From Candidatus Poribacteria bacterium (lineage in GTDB: Bacteria; Poribacteria; WGA-4E; WGA-3G), in NCBI GenBank assembly GCA_963663765.2, contig CAXXUA010000004.1, positions 64,001 through 128,000 on the forward strand: DNA of 64,000 bases, read 5' to 3'. The notes under the pieces were generated by a model. It was not told the origin of the DNA. It was given only the letters and a program-made list of their open reading frames with translations, and made no database searches. Positions 45,611 to 57,004 of this stretch are shown piece after piece (position 1 is the stretch's first letter; each line of letters opens with the position of its first letter). The position numbers were made by a program, and so were the translations under genes.

Positions 45611-48077
45611 GTAGGCGTTGTTTGTAAGCGCGCTCTTGGGACTTGATGTGCCAGCGCGCTTACAAAGCACGCCTGCAGTTGGGGGCGCGCTTACAAAGCA
45701 CGGCTTGCAGTGGTAGGCGCGCGGACAAAGCACGCTTGCAGTTGGGGGCGCGCTTACAAAGCACGGCTTGCAGTTGGGGGCGCGCTTACAAAGCACGGCT
45801 TGCAGTTGGGGGCGCGCTTACAAAGCACGCCTGCAGTTGGGGGCGCGCTTACAAAGCACGCTTGCAGTTGGTGGCGCGCGGACAAAGCACGGCTTGCAGT
45901 TGGGGGCGCGCTTACAAAGCACGCCTGCAGTTGGGGACGCGCTTACAAAGCACGCCTGCAGTTGGGGGCGCGCTTACAAAGCACGCCTGCAGTGGGGTAT
46001 GCCAGCAGGTGAGGGCGGGGATGGCGCGCTTACAAAGCACGCCTGCAGTTTTTAGGGAGTATGGAGCGCGCTTACAAAGCACGCCTGCAGTGGGGTACGC
46101 CAGCAGGTGAGGGCGGGGATGGCGCGCTTACAAAGCACCAAATCAACGGTATGAATGCGCGTATGGCATTCCCCGCCAGCAGTTTTTAGAGAGTATGGAG
46201 CGCGCTTACAAAGCACGCCTGCAGTGGGGTACGCCAGCAGGTGAGGGCGAGGATGGCGCGCTTACAAAGCACCAAATCAACGGTATGAATGCGCGTATGG
46301 CATTCCCCGCCTGCAGTTTTTAGGGAGTATGGAGCGCGCTTACAAAGCACGCCTGCAGTGGGGTACGCCAGTAGGTGAGGGCGGGGATGGCGCGCTTACA
46401 AAGCACCAAATCAACGGTATGAATGCGCGTATGGCATTCCCCGCCTGCAGTTTTTAGGGAGTATGGAGCGCGCTTACAAAGCACGCCTGCAGTGGGGTAT
46501 GCCAGCAGGTGAGGGCGGGGATGGCGCGCTTACAAAGCACGCATGCAGTTTTTAGGGAGTATGGAGCGCGCTTACAAAGCACGCATGCAGTGGGATATGC
46601 CAGCAGGTGAGGGTGGGGATGGCGCGCTTACAAAGCACCAAATCAACGGTATGAATGCGCGTATGGCATTCCCCGCCTGCAGTTTTTAGGGAGTATGGAG
46701 CGCGCTTACAAAGCACGCCTGCAGTGGGGTATGCCAGCAGGTGAGGGCGGGGATGGCGCGCTTACAAAGCACCAAATCAACGGTATGAATGCGCGTATGG
46801 CATTCCCCGCCTGCAGTTTTTAGGGAGTATGGAGCGCGCTTACAAAGCACGTCTGCAGTGGGGTACGCCAGTAGATGAGGGCGGGGATGGCGCGCTTACA
46901 AAGCACACCTGCAGTTTTTAGGGAGTATGGAGCGCGCTTACAAAGCACGCCTGCAGTGGGATATGCCAGTAGGTGAGGGCGGGGATGGCGCGCTTACAAA
47001 GCACGCCTGCAGTTTTTAGGGAGTATGGAGCGCGCTTACAAAGCACGCATGCAGTGGGGTACGCCAGTAGGTGAAGGCGGGGATGGCGCGCTTACAAAGC
47101 ACGCCTGCAGTTTTTAGGGAGTATGGAGCGCGCTTACAAAGCACGCATGCAGTGGGGTATGCCAGCAGGTGAGGGCGGGGATGGCGCGCTTACAAAGCAC
47201 CAAATCAACGGTATGAATGCGCGTATGGCATTCCCCGCCTGCAGTTTTTAGGGAGTATGGAGCGCGCTTACAAAGCACGTCTGCAGTGGGGTACGCCAGT
47301 AGATGAGGGCGGGGATGGCGCGCTTACAAAGCACGCCTGCAGTTTTTACGGAGTATGGAGCGCGCTTACAAAGCACACCTGCAGTGGGGTATGCCAGTAG
47401 GTGAGGGCGGGGATGGCGCGCTTACAAAGCACGCCTGCAGTTTTTAGGGAGTATGGAGCGCGCTTACAAAGCACGCATGCAGTGGGGTATGCCAGCAGGT
47501 GAGGGCGGGGATGGCGCGCTTACAAAGCACCAAATCAACGGTATGAATGCGCGTATGGCATTCCCCGCCTGCAGTTTTTACGGAGTATGGAGCGCGCTTA
47601 CAAAGCACGCCTGCAGTGGGGTATGCCAGCAGGTGAGGGCGGGGATGGCGCGCTTACAAAGCACGCCTGCAGTTTTTACGGAGTATGGAGCGCGCTTACA
47701 AAGCACGCCTGCAGTGGGGTATGCCAGCAGGTGAGGGCGGGGATGGCGCGCTTACAAAGCACCAAATCAACGGTATGAATGCGCGTATGGCATTCCCCGC
47801 CTGCAGTTTTTACGGAGTATGGAGCGCGCTTACAAAGCACACCTGCAGTGGGGTATGCCAGTAGGTGAGGGCGGGGATGGCGCGCTTACAAAGCACGCCT
47901 GCAGTTTTTAGGGAGTATGGAGCGCGCTTACAAAGCACGCCTGCAGTGGGGTATGCCAGCAGGTGAGGGCGGGGATGGCGCGCTTACATAGCACGCCTGC
48001 AGTTTTTGGGAGTATGGAGCGCGCTTACAAAGCACCAAATCAACGGTATGAATGCCATTTAGGCATTCCCCGCCTAC
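45611..48077. repeat. REP-derived tandem array 2 (about 47 direct copies plus one inverted copy)
   Basis: Core GCGCGCTTACAAAGCACGCCTGCAG. 31-32-bp monomers at 45654-45990, then 42+56-bp dimers; nine cores carry a 36-nt insert. Confidence 0.95.
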
Positions 48078-48335
48078 CGTTGGAGAAATATTTTATTACC
48101 GAATTAATAAATTAATCTTCATTAGGGACGATATGTTTATAGAAAACGAATACCCTCTCAGTTCTTTAGTCCCATTGGGACGATATGTTTATTCTTCTAT
48201 GTCGTTCCTACGGAACTCAATTGGGGTGGAAAACATTTATCTACAAACATATCGTTCCTACGGAACTATAGTGAAATATACAATTAAGTTTACACTTGTT
48301 CTGTAGGAGCGATCTCCGAATCGCGACTGGACGTC

Positions 48336-48473
48336 TTGATAGTCGAGAATCGGAGTTCCCTCCTACACCTGAAAGTGAACGCCTTGATAGTCGGGAATCG
48401 GAGTTCCCTCCTACACCTGAAAGTGAACGCTTTGATAGTCGGGAATCGGAGTTCCCTCCTACACCTGAAAGTG
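48336..48473. repeat. Three tandem 48-bp REP-like units
   Basis: TTGATAGTCGRGAATCGGAGTTCCCTCCTACACCTGAAAGTG at 48336, 48384 and 48432. Confidence 0.9.
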
Positions 48474-48613
48474 TAAAAATAATTCTAAAATCCACTATAA
48501 TGTCAGGTTTCTACAAAAACTTTACACACCCTAAATATTTTGTGTGCTTGAAAAATAAGAGGAAATAGCATATAATAACTGAAATGTATTTGAATATTGT
48601 GGAGGACTGTGGT

Positions 48614-49624
48614 GTGATACGTGAAGTTATACAGAAGGTTGTTGCTGGAGACTCATTGACTGAATCAGAGATGGTTGAAACCATGAACGAGATTATGGAA
48701 GGAGAAACGACAGATGCGCAAATTGCATGCTTCTTGACAGCATTGCGTTTAAAAGGGGAAACGATTGATGAGATAACTGGTGCTGCGAAGGTGATGCGTG
48801 AAAAAGCAGCTAAAGTGCCAACGTTACAGTCGTTAGTCGTTGATACATGCAGTACAGGTGGAACTGGGTTGCACTCGTTCAACATTTCAACCACATCTGC
48901 GTTTGTCGTTTCTGGGACGGGTGTACCAGTGGCTAAACATGGTAACAGAGGTGTTACTCGTCAAAGTGGAAGTGCAAATGTATTGATGGCGTTGGGAGTT
49001 AATATTGAGATTTCACCAGAACACGTTGGTCGGTGCATTGATGAAGTTGGCATCGGTTTTCTTTTTGCTCCTTTGCTACACGGTGCGATGAAATATGCAA
49101 TTGGTCCTCGCAGAGAAATTGGAATTAGAACTATTTTTAACGCAATCGGTCCTTTGACAAATCCAGCAGGAGCACAAGCACAAGTGCTGGGTGTCTATGC
49201 AAAAGAACTAACACATACACACGCAAATGTTCTCAACAATCTTGGTGCACAACATGCGTTTGTTGTGCATGGTAACGATGGTTTAGACGAGATTACAACA
49301 ACAACCACAACTCAAGTCTCAGAACTTGTGAATGGTGATGTGAAATCCTACACCCTTGATCCAACAACACTTGGTATACCTAAAGCTGAGTTAGGTTCAT
49401 TACTTGGTGGCACTCCAGAAGAAAATTCAGAAATAACAGTGAATATTCTAAAAGGTGAAAAGGGACCTAAGCGTGATATAGTGATACTCAATGCTGCAGC
49501 GGCGATAGTTGCTGGTGGAAAAGCAGATAGTCTTGAAAAAGGATTAGAACTTGCCGCTAATTCCATAGATTCAGGCAGTGCATTGGAGAAATTGGAAGGT
49601 TTAAAAACTGTTTCAAATAATTGA
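48614..49624 (+). CDS. trpD: Anthranilate phosphoribosyltransferase
   Basis: DTCSTGG, FNIST, KHGNR, RTIFN..GPLTNP and GLDE motifs; GTG start after GGAGG. Confidence 0.96.
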   Translation: MIREVIQKVVAGDSLTESEMVETMNEIMEGETTDAQIACFLTALRLKGETIDEITGAAKVMREKAAKVPTLQSLVVDTCSTGGTGLHSFNISTTSAFVVSGTGVPVAKHGNRGVTRQSGSANVLMALGVNIEISPEHVGRCIDEVGIGFLFAPLLHGAMKYAIGPRREIGIRTIFNAIGPLTNPAGAQAQVLGVYAKELTHTHANVLNNLGAQHAFVVHGNDGLDEITTTTTTQVSELVNGDVKSYTLDPTTLGIPKAELGSLLGGTPEENSEITVNILKGEKGPKRDIVILNAAAAIVAGGKADSLEKGLELAANSIDSGSALEKLEGLKTVSNN

Positions 49625-49633
49625 TCAATCTCT

Positions 49634-50407
49634 ATGATATTAGATACAATAATTACACACAAATTGAAAGAACTTCAAAAGGAAAAGGAACAGGTACCGC
49701 TTGTTACATTAAAATCGCAGTTGGTAGACTTACCACCTACTAAGGATTTTAAGCGAGCAATTGCACTACCCGAAAAAATAAGTCTCATTGCTGAGGTAAA
49801 GAAAAAATCTCCAAGTAAAGGCGTTATACGTGATGATTTTGATCCGGTTGAAATAGCCAACATTTATGGAGAAAATGGTGCAGCAGCGATTTCAGTTTTG
49901 ACGGATGAGAACTTTTTTGCTGGAAAGCTTGATTATCTCTCTGCGATCCGAGACACAGTTGATGTTCCGCTGTTGCGGAAGGACTTTACAGTTGATCCCT
50001 ACCATATATATCAAGCACGCGCAACAGGTGCAGACGCTGTTTTGCTAATAGTTGCTGCTTTGACAAAGAAACAACTCAATGAATTTATGGACATTGCATC
50101 ATCCATTTCATTAGCATCATTGGTGGAAGTTCATACAGAGTCAGAATTGGAAATTGCTTTGGAAATAGGCGCGGAGATAATTGGTATAAACAATAGGGAT
50201 TTGCGAACTTTCCATACTGATTTAGAGACTACGTTCAAACTACGTGAATCTATTCCCTTTGGCAAGACTGTTGTTAGTGAGAGCGGAATATACACTCGTG
50301 ATGATGTGGATTCGTTACGCGATGCTGGTGTTAACGCTATTTTAGTGGGTGAATCACTGATGCGGAGTCCGGATATTGGTAAAAAAGTGAATGAGTTGAT
50401 TGGTTGA
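49634..50407 (+). CDS. trpC: Indole-3-glycerol phosphate synthase
   Basis: IAEVKK.SPSKG, SVLTD, LRKDF, GINNRDL and SESGI motifs. Confidence 0.97.
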   Translation: MILDTIITHKLKELQKEKEQVPLVTLKSQLVDLPPTKDFKRAIALPEKISLIAEVKKKSPSKGVIRDDFDPVEIANIYGENGAAAISVLTDENFFAGKLDYLSAIRDTVDVPLLRKDFTVDPYHIYQARATGADAVLLIVAALTKKQLNEFMDIASSISLASLVEVHTESELEIALEIGAEIIGINNRDLRTFHTDLETTFKLRESIPFGKTVVSESGIYTRDDVDSLRDAGVNAILVGESLMRSPDIGKKVNELIG

Positions 50408-50425
50408 TGAAATCGTAGAGCATCT

Positions 50426-50866
50426 TTATACAGAAATGACCTTAATTCCGTGCCGTTTTAGTAGTGCTGTTGTAACCCCATCACCTGCGGCAAGTTTCCC
50501 AGAAAATGATCCGTTATAGATTTTGGTGCACCCACAAGATGGACTATTGGACTTTAGGATAGCACAAGTTGCGTCTTGTGATATTGCAAATTTAAGTGCG
50601 TGTTGTGCTCCCTTCAAGTATTCATCGGTCTTGTCTTCTCCATCCGCTGTCAATACTTTTGCTTTTCCATCTAATACGTCATTACCATCACCACCGACAA
50701 TTTCTACAGGTGGACGCGGTGTAGGGAGTCCACCTGCATCTTCTGGGCAAACAGGTATAATTTCGTCTGTCTTGCTGTGTTTCAGAACATCTTCATTGCG
50801 ACAGTTACCCCCATCATATCTGCAATTGACTCCAAGAAGACAGGCACTGACAAGAGTTTTCTTCAT
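50426..50866 (-). CDS. DUF523/2-thiouracil desulfurase family protein
   Basis: VSACLLG..CRYDG, VCPE..GGL..PR and SPSCG motifs. Confidence 0.9.
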   Translation of the reverse strand: MKKTLVSACLLGVNCRYDGGNCRNEDVLKHSKTDEIIPVCPEDAGGLPTPRPPVEIVGGDGNDVLDGKAKVLTADGEDKTDEYLKGAQHALKFAISQDATCAILKSNSPSCGCTKIYNGSFSGKLAAGDGVTTALLKRHGIKVISV

Positions 50867-51522
50867 TTTTCTTCCCATAATTTCACTTGTTCTGTAATAG
50901 CAGAGATATTTCCAGATTTCAAGAGTAGATAGTTTTTCTCAAGATGACATAGTATTGATTGTAGGAGTCTTATTCTGCAGATTTCTGTTTTGTCCGCGTT
51001 TGAAGTTGCGATCTGTAGTGAGGTCGCGGTTTGGTGAAGTTCGACCGGAAATTCTTGCATGCTGATATTGACATTTACTCCAAACCCTAAGACGAAAAAG
51101 GGATTGCGTTGTTTGTCGTATTTCAGTTCAGTTAGGACACCTGCGACCTTCTTTTCTGCTATTCTGACATCATTTGGATGTTTTATCCTTGCGTGAAGTT
51201 CAGTTATTTCGTTAATACCTTGTGCGATAGAAAGTGCCCCAATAAGGTTTGGTAGATGGACATGTTGCTGCTTCAACCGATGTCTAAATATGACTGTAGC
51301 GAGAATGCATTTTCCGTGTGGTGCTTGCCAAGTTCTACCGTATCTTCCTCTTCCAGCAGTTTGATGGTCTGCAATGATGAGTGTTCCCTGAGTAACATCG
51401 CCATTTTTCGCATGTGCAATTGCAATGTCGTTGGTTGATGAAACCTCATCGTGAACAACTAAATCAGATTTACCAATAAAGTTGGTGTTAAGTGTCTTGC
51501 GAAAGGTATCAATGTCAAACAC
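50863..51522 (-). CDS. birA: Biotin--protein ligase (class I, no HTH)
   Basis: STND, QTAGRGR.GR.W, K.PND and KVAGVL.E motifs. Confidence 0.9.
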   Translation of the reverse strand: MFDIDTFRKTLNTNFIGKSDLVVHDEVSSTNDIAIAHAKNGDVTQGTLIIADHQTAGRGRYGRTWQAPHGKCILATVIFRHRLKQQHVHLPNLIGALSIAQGINEITELHARIKHPNDVRIAEKKVAGVLTELKYDKQRNPFFVLGFGVNVNISMQEFPVELHQTATSLQIATSNADKTEICRIRLLQSILCHLEKNYLLLKSGNISAITEQVKLWEEK

Positions 51523-51576
51523 TGTGAAACATTTCCATTTTACAAGAGCATAGTGATAATTGATTCACAGAACACT

Positions 51577-51699
51577 CAGGACTTACGCAGTTTTCTTGAT
51601 TTAATCAAAAATTATGATGAAAATGATGCCATTATCAGCGTTTTTCTGGGTTTCCGGCGCGCTTACAAAGCACGCCTACCGTTGTGTGCGTAAGTCCTG
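51577..51699. mobile_element. MITE family A, copy 3
   Basis: Same TIRs; 6-bp duplication AACACT that overlaps the stop codon of the TPR gene. Confidence 0.9.
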
Positions 51700-51703
51700 A
51701 ACA

Positions 51704-54577
51704 CTATTGTCCGCCTAATTTACTGAGGCGTTTTTCTGCTTCAAGTTTCCACTGTTCAGGTGGTTTTAGTTTTAGGAAACGTTTCCACTGTTCTCTTGCC
51801 AACTTATTTCGTTCGGTATATTCATACATCAATGCGAGATTGTAGTTTGCGGTCATATTTCTGGGTTCCAGTTCAAGTGCGCGTTCGAACTGATCCGCTG
51901 CTGCCCCGAGTTTATCCATGCTGTATAGCACATTTGCATATACGATAATCGTTGGTACATGGTTTTTATTTAATTCAAGAGCCTTATCTAACATATCTTT
52001 TGCTTTATTCAAATCTAACTCATTATTGTAATATAGGTCGCCGAGTCTTTGATATGCTTCTGTGGCTTTGTTGTTTAGTGAGATTTCTTTTTCATAGAGT
52101 TTTATTGCTTCTTTCCAGTTCTGGCTGCGTTCTGCCAGTTTACCCAGTTGTGTATGAACGCCTTTATAGTTTGGATCCATCTGAATGACTTTTTTGAATG
52201 TATCCTCTGCAAGTCTGTATTGTTCAATCCAGAGTTGAATTGTACCAATATGGAAATATGCGTTTACGTTTTTCGGGTCTAAGTCAACAACTTGTTTGAA
52301 GTCTTCCATAATTTGACTGCTGCGATACAGTGTCTCACCAATGCGTTTATAGCGGTTGGTAATGAGGCCGCGCTGAAAATACGCCTGTATGTGATCTGCT
52401 TTTAGTGCAATAGTAGCCGTATATTCCTTTACAGCTAATTCCGCGTGATGGTGATAGTCTTCAAGAGTTGCAGCATGTCCATCTAACAAGAGTGCGTAGC
52501 GATAGTGCCATTCAACGTGTTCGGGATCATGTTCGTTTGCTAAACCGTAATGATGCAGTGATTGTTGAAGGTTTTCAGCTTTGTTTTCTTTGGGACCTTT
52601 TTTGAAACGTTTCTCAAAGATGACAGCAAGAGTATGGTGTACATTTGGATGTGCGGGGTCAAGTATCAATGCTGGTTGATAGACGCGTATCATGTTATCT
52701 TCATCTTTCCGCTGTTCATAGATGCCACCAAGTCGGAAAAAGGGTTCTGTATTTTCTGGATCAAGTTCAATAGTTTTCTCTAAATAGACTATTGCGTTGT
52801 CAATATCACCCTTCTTCTGATATAAGACACCAGTCTGATATTGTGCATCAACATTGTCAGGTTTTAACCGTATGGTTTCTAAGAAAGCGGAGAGTGCTTC
52901 GTCGTCCTTTTCAAGTGCTACATAAGATAGTGCAGTGAGATAGTGTGCGTGTGCATCGGATGCGTCAAGTGCTATTATTCTTTTCAATGTGTCAATTGCT
53001 TTCTGATGTGAAGCATCCCCTCGATAGATACTAACCATTTTGTATAGTACATCGGGTCTTTTGGCATCTAACTGCAATGTTTTTTCATAATACACAAGTG
53101 CGTTTGGTTTATCTTCATTCGCTTCGTAACTTTGTCCTAACAGGTAAGTCGCATCAATATCTTTAGGATACAATATGACATGCATGTTTAGCGATTCAAC
53201 TGCACCCGTGTAGTTCTCATTTTCATAAGCAGATTTACCTTGCATCCAGTATTTTGTCGCTAGTGTAGGATTGAATTCGATTGCTTTTCGGAGATTTACC
53301 GCGGCTTCTTCTAATTTTCCTTGCTTGAAATAGAGTTCACCCAGATACATATATGAGTCATTGAAGTGTCCGTAAGTTGGTATTTTTTCAAGATAGGTTG
53401 GGTCTGCTTCGATAATCTCAATAGTTTTTTTATAGAGTGTGATGGCTTGCTCTGCATTTTTATCATTTGCTTCAATACTTGCGAGATAAAAATAGGAGCG
53501 TGGGTCTTTTGGTAGAATAGCCATTGTTTTCTCTAAAATCTTTCGTGCGTCTGTTGCATCCATTTCGCTAACAAAAAAGGGATTTAATGGTTCAAACAGG
53601 GCATCTTTTAGTGTTGGGTCATCGTCTATTGCTTGTTTGTAGTGTGTTTTTGCAGTCTCAACATCACCTTGTGAATATAGAAGTTCTGCTATAGCGAAGT
53701 GTGCTGGACCATACTCTGGTTCAATCTCAAGTGCGCGACGATACAATTGAACTGCCCCATCTGCATTGTCACCATCAGCGAAAATCACACCTAAATCATA
53801 TACATCTTTCGCGGTGTAGGGTTGATATTCTGCGGATTTTTGATATTCCAGTTGTGCGTCATCAAAAAACTTCTCTTTTGCGAGTACTTGCCCAAGTTTG
53901 ATGTATGCTGGTGCGAATTTGCGGTCATTCTGAATCACACGGTCAAATGTTTCACGTGCCTGACTCAGGTTATTTTGGTGAAAATAGACCAGACCGATTC
54001 CGTAAAGAGAGTATGTCCATTTTGGGTTTAATTCTTGAGCAGTTTGAAAAGATATGAGTGCTTCGGCATATTTGCCTTGTTCAATCTGGATTTCACCTAT
54101 ATTGTAGTGCGCAGGATAGTATTTTGGATTTAGTGTAAGACAAGTTTGGAATTTGACGAGAGCCAGTTCATAATTTTTCAGTTTTCTGTAGACTGCGCCG
54201 AGACTGTAATGTGCCCAAAACATTGATGGATCAAGTTGCAGAGCGGTTTCAAAGTTCATGACCGCCATTGCATCTGAGACCATATTTTGCTTTGTGTCCG
54301 ACAATGCGTATGCATAACCTATTCCGTAGAAAAACGCGGCATCATCTGCTTTGTTTGCTTTTTGTGCTTCATAAAGTTGTATGAGTTCAGTTAGAAGTTC
54401 TTGCTTTTGCCATTCAACGACCAATTCGCGATGTTTTTCTGGCGCGTCTTTTTTGGTATTCAAAACCATGGCGAAATCTTTCTGCATTTCCTGTAATGAT
54501 TCTTCTTGTGAAAAGGTATCTACAGCAATCGTAAATAATGTGAATAAAAATATGAGCGAGAATGTGATTCTTTTCAT
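51704..54577 (-). CDS. Secreted multi-TPR protein (957 aa)
   Basis: Signal peptide followed by continuous 34-aa TPR motifs. Confidence 0.9.
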   Translation of the reverse strand: MKRITFSLIFLFTLFTIAVDTFSQEESLQEMQKDFAMVLNTKKDAPEKHRELVVEWQKQELLTELIQLYEAQKANKADDAAFFYGIGYAYALSDTKQNMVSDAMAVMNFETALQLDPSMFWAHYSLGAVYRKLKNYELALVKFQTCLTLNPKYYPAHYNIGEIQIEQGKYAEALISFQTAQELNPKWTYSLYGIGLVYFHQNNLSQARETFDRVIQNDRKFAPAYIKLGQVLAKEKFFDDAQLEYQKSAEYQPYTAKDVYDLGVIFADGDNADGAVQLYRRALEIEPEYGPAHFAIAELLYSQGDVETAKTHYKQAIDDDPTLKDALFEPLNPFFVSEMDATDARKILEKTMAILPKDPRSYFYLASIEANDKNAEQAITLYKKTIEIIEADPTYLEKIPTYGHFNDSYMYLGELYFKQGKLEEAAVNLRKAIEFNPTLATKYWMQGKSAYENENYTGAVESLNMHVILYPKDIDATYLLGQSYEANEDKPNALVYYEKTLQLDAKRPDVLYKMVSIYRGDASHQKAIDTLKRIIALDASDAHAHYLTALSYVALEKDDEALSAFLETIRLKPDNVDAQYQTGVLYQKKGDIDNAIVYLEKTIELDPENTEPFFRLGGIYEQRKDEDNMIRVYQPALILDPAHPNVHHTLAVIFEKRFKKGPKENKAENLQQSLHHYGLANEHDPEHVEWHYRYALLLDGHAATLEDYHHHAELAVKEYTATIALKADHIQAYFQRGLITNRYKRIGETLYRSSQIMEDFKQVVDLDPKNVNAYFHIGTIQLWIEQYRLAEDTFKKVIQMDPNYKGVHTQLGKLAERSQNWKEAIKLYEKEISLNNKATEAYQRLGDLYYNNELDLNKAKDMLDKALELNKNHVPTIIVYANVLYSMDKLGAAADQFERALELEPRNMTANYNLALMYEYTERNKLAREQWKRFLKLKPPEQWKLEAEKRLSKLGGQ

Positions 54578-54698
54578 TTTTCTTATTCCTCTATATACAG
54601 TGTTATACCCAATTAACGTGTTCTGTAATGGTAAACGTGCGGTTTGGAGATCGCACCTACATTTGGAAAAAGATAAATCCCGTTAATTTGGTATTATG

Positions 54699-55643
54699 TT
54701 AAGCTTTTATTTTTTCTATAAGGATTGTCTCTATTTTCTCTTGCGTTGGCATTGATGGTGTTGCACCAAGCACCGTGGTTGCTGCTGCGCCTGCAGCTGC
54801 AGCAAATTTTACTGCATCAGATAACTCTTTTCCATTTGCGATTGCGGTTGCCAAAGCTCCGCTGAACGCATCTCCTGCACCTGTTGTGTCCACTGCTTCA
54901 ACCACAAACGTTGGTATGTGTGTGCATTCTGTGAGTGTGCTAAGCAAAACTCCTTGTTCTCCAAGTGTTATGATAACTGCTGAAAGTCCATCAGGAGCAA
55001 TCTTTGCACGTAATGCATTTGCTGCTGTGATAGCATTTTCTGGTGATGACACTGTATGTCCGGATAACACTGTTGCTTCTGTTTCGTTTGGTTTCAGAAT
55101 ATCTACCTGTGCTAACAATTTTGATGGTAGTTGTTTCGCTGGTGCCGGATCCATTATGACGATTGTGTCGTTCTGTCTTGCTATCTCAATCGCTTTTTCC
55201 GATGCATCTATCGGTGTTTCTAATTGTAGCAGCAATACGTCTGCGTTTGCAATGCTTTCTGCTGCTTCATCTATGTCTTTGGGTGTTAGACGCATATTCG
55301 CGCGTGGGATAACGATGATACTGTTTTCGCCATCCGGTTGGACTATTATTGTGGCGATTCCGGTTCCGCTCTTTGCATCGGTTTTGACGAATTGGCTGTT
55401 GATGTTTTCTGCGTCTATTGCGGTTCGGAGGACCTCTGCGAAGTGGTCATCCCCTATTTTGCCAATCAGCGTGACTTCTGCACCTAATCGGGCTGCGGCC
55501 GTTGCTTGATTGAAGCCTTTGCCACCTGTGAAAATGTCATAGGTGTCTCCGATGAGGGTTTCGCCTTTGTTTGGCAGGCGTTTGGCGCGGATGACAAGGT
55601 CAACGTTTGCACTGCCGAGGACGGTGACTTTGGGTGACTGCAT
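54699..55643 (-). CDS. rbsK: Ribokinase
   Basis: GS.N.DL, GGKG.NQA, PNETEA and DTTGAGDAF motifs. Confidence 0.95.
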   Translation of the reverse strand: MQSPKVTVLGSANVDLVIRAKRLPNKGETLIGDTYDIFTGGKGFNQATAAARLGAEVTLIGKIGDDHFAEVLRTAIDAENINSQFVKTDAKSGTGIATIIVQPDGENSIIVIPRANMRLTPKDIDEAAESIANADVLLLQLETPIDASEKAIEIARQNDTIVIMDPAPAKQLPSKLLAQVDILKPNETEATVLSGHTVSSPENAITAANALRAKIAPDGLSAVIITLGEQGVLLSTLTECTHIPTFVVEAVDTTGAGDAFSGALATAIANGKELSDAVKFAAAAGAAATTVLGATPSMPTQEKIETILIEKIKA

Positions 55644-55647
55644 TGTT

Positions 55648-55968
55648 TTACGTTTCCGGTCCGTTCAATTCTTGTAAGAATGCTTTAATGCTCGGTGTGT
55701 GGATTGCTGTGCGAAGCAACTCTGTTAAACGATCAAGGTCCACAATAGATTCAAGTGCTTGCGCTACGGATTGCAGTTCGCTCTGTGGAAAACGTGTGGT
55801 AAGTACAGACAAGATATTTTTGGTGGAAGTTTCGCGTGCACCTCTGTTAATACCCTGTTTGACACCTTGATCAAAACCTTTTATAAAACCTTGATTATAA
55901 CCTTTATCAATTCCTTTTTTAATTCCACGTTGTTCTATGACCTTGTAAAATGGAGATTCTTGCATCAT
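55648..55968 (-). CDS. Stand-alone Rpn C-terminal protein (RpnS-like orphan antitoxin) with expanded Gxxx repeats
   Basis: Starts MMQESPF and is homologous to the C-termini of the adjacent Rpn genes. Confidence 0.7.
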   Translation of the reverse strand: MMQESPFYKVIEQRGIKKGIDKGYNQGFIKGFDQGVKQGINRGARETSTKNILSVLTTRFPQSELQSVAQALESIVDLDRLTELLRTAIHTPSIKAFLQELNGPET

Positions 55969-56001
55969 TTTCTTCACCATAAGTATATTAAATCAAGCAG
56001 G

Positions 56002-56922
56002 TTATGAACTAAATTGTGCTACGTAGATAGCACAAACAATAACGGTTTCCGATCCGTTCAATGTATGTAAGAATGCTTTAACACTCGGTGTGTGGATTGC
56101 TGTGCGAAGTAGCTCTGTTAAATGATCAAGGTCTTGAATAGACTCAAGTGCCTGTGATATAGGTTGCAGATCGCTCTGTGGAAAGCGTTCGATTAGCACA
56201 GACTGTATATTCTTGATGTTGGTTTCGCGGGAACCTTGTTCCGTATATTTCTGCATTAAGTGTTCAATAAAGGGAGATTCTTGCATCATTGCCTCCGTTA
56301 TAAGTTTTTGTAAAAATGTAAGGTCATGGGCTATGCTGCCCAACGTTGATAGCGCAAAGAACAGCGTTCCACGCGTTTGCGTGTCAACTGGTGCTGCTTC
56401 TGTCTTCTCAATACATTTCTTTAACCATTCCTCCGTATCCATACTTTCTGGCGGTCTCATCAAAGGCGTAAACGGTAACAATCCAACCGATGCTTCTTCC
56501 AAAAACGATTCGCCTTCTAAATCCGCCAACCGAATTACCTGATACTTATGCTGCAAACCGAATTCATCATTTCCATAACTATAACCGCCAGGGTCAGTCT
56601 CTCCAGCATTTGGACTTAGATATATCACCACTGAATACACGGGAAGTTCATGACGTAACAGGAGTTCACTTGCATAAGCGAGGACACGCAACGGCATCGG
56701 CTTATCTCTGCTATCCTCGGTTTGCACCTCTATGTGAAGCAGGACTGTTTCATTGTGCCATAGCACCTTAAATGTCATGTCATTGCGATGCACCTTTACC
56801 GTTTGTTGTTCGGTGTCCAGTGTCTCTAAAACTTGGACATCGGGTGTGGCAAAGGATAGTATGGCGAAGTCGGCGGCGAACTGGTGCATCAGGTACTTTA
56901 CTATTTCATCGTATTATGCCAT
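56002..56922 (-). pseudogene. Rpn/YhgA-like PD-(D/E)XK nuclease copy 3 with a nonsense mutation at codon 3
   Basis: ATG GCA TAA versus ATG GCA CAA in the paralogues. The rest of the frame is intact; possible restart at 56889 and internal start at 56289. Confidence 0.75.
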
Positions 56923-56936
56923 GTTAAGTAGTATGC

Positions 56937-57000
56937 CTTTCGGCGCGTATCACAAGGTCAAGTTTGCGCTGCCGAGGATGGCAACTTTTGGGGACTGCAT
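56937..57000 (-). pseudogene. Duplicated 5' fragment of rbsK
   Basis: ATGCAGTCCCCAAAAGTTGCCATCCTCGGCAGCGCAAAC... matches the rbsK start, with the same 4-nt gap after the upstream stop. Confidence 0.85.
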
Positions 57001-57004
57001 TGTT

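Noticed and set aside
45611-48077. Array 2 as a CRISPR or guide-RNA array, and ORFs 45518-47778
   Set aside because: Only two or three linker types with SNP-level variation, no adjacent effector gene, and ORFs in several frames without an RBS.
45001-48531. A single 3.5-kb composite family C element
   Set aside because: Matching ends exist but no convincing target duplication, so it is left unresolved.
54775-55509. 244-aa plus-strand ORF and other long antisense ORFs in the track
   Set aside because: Shadow frames of well-supported genes (here rbsK) with no motifs of their own.
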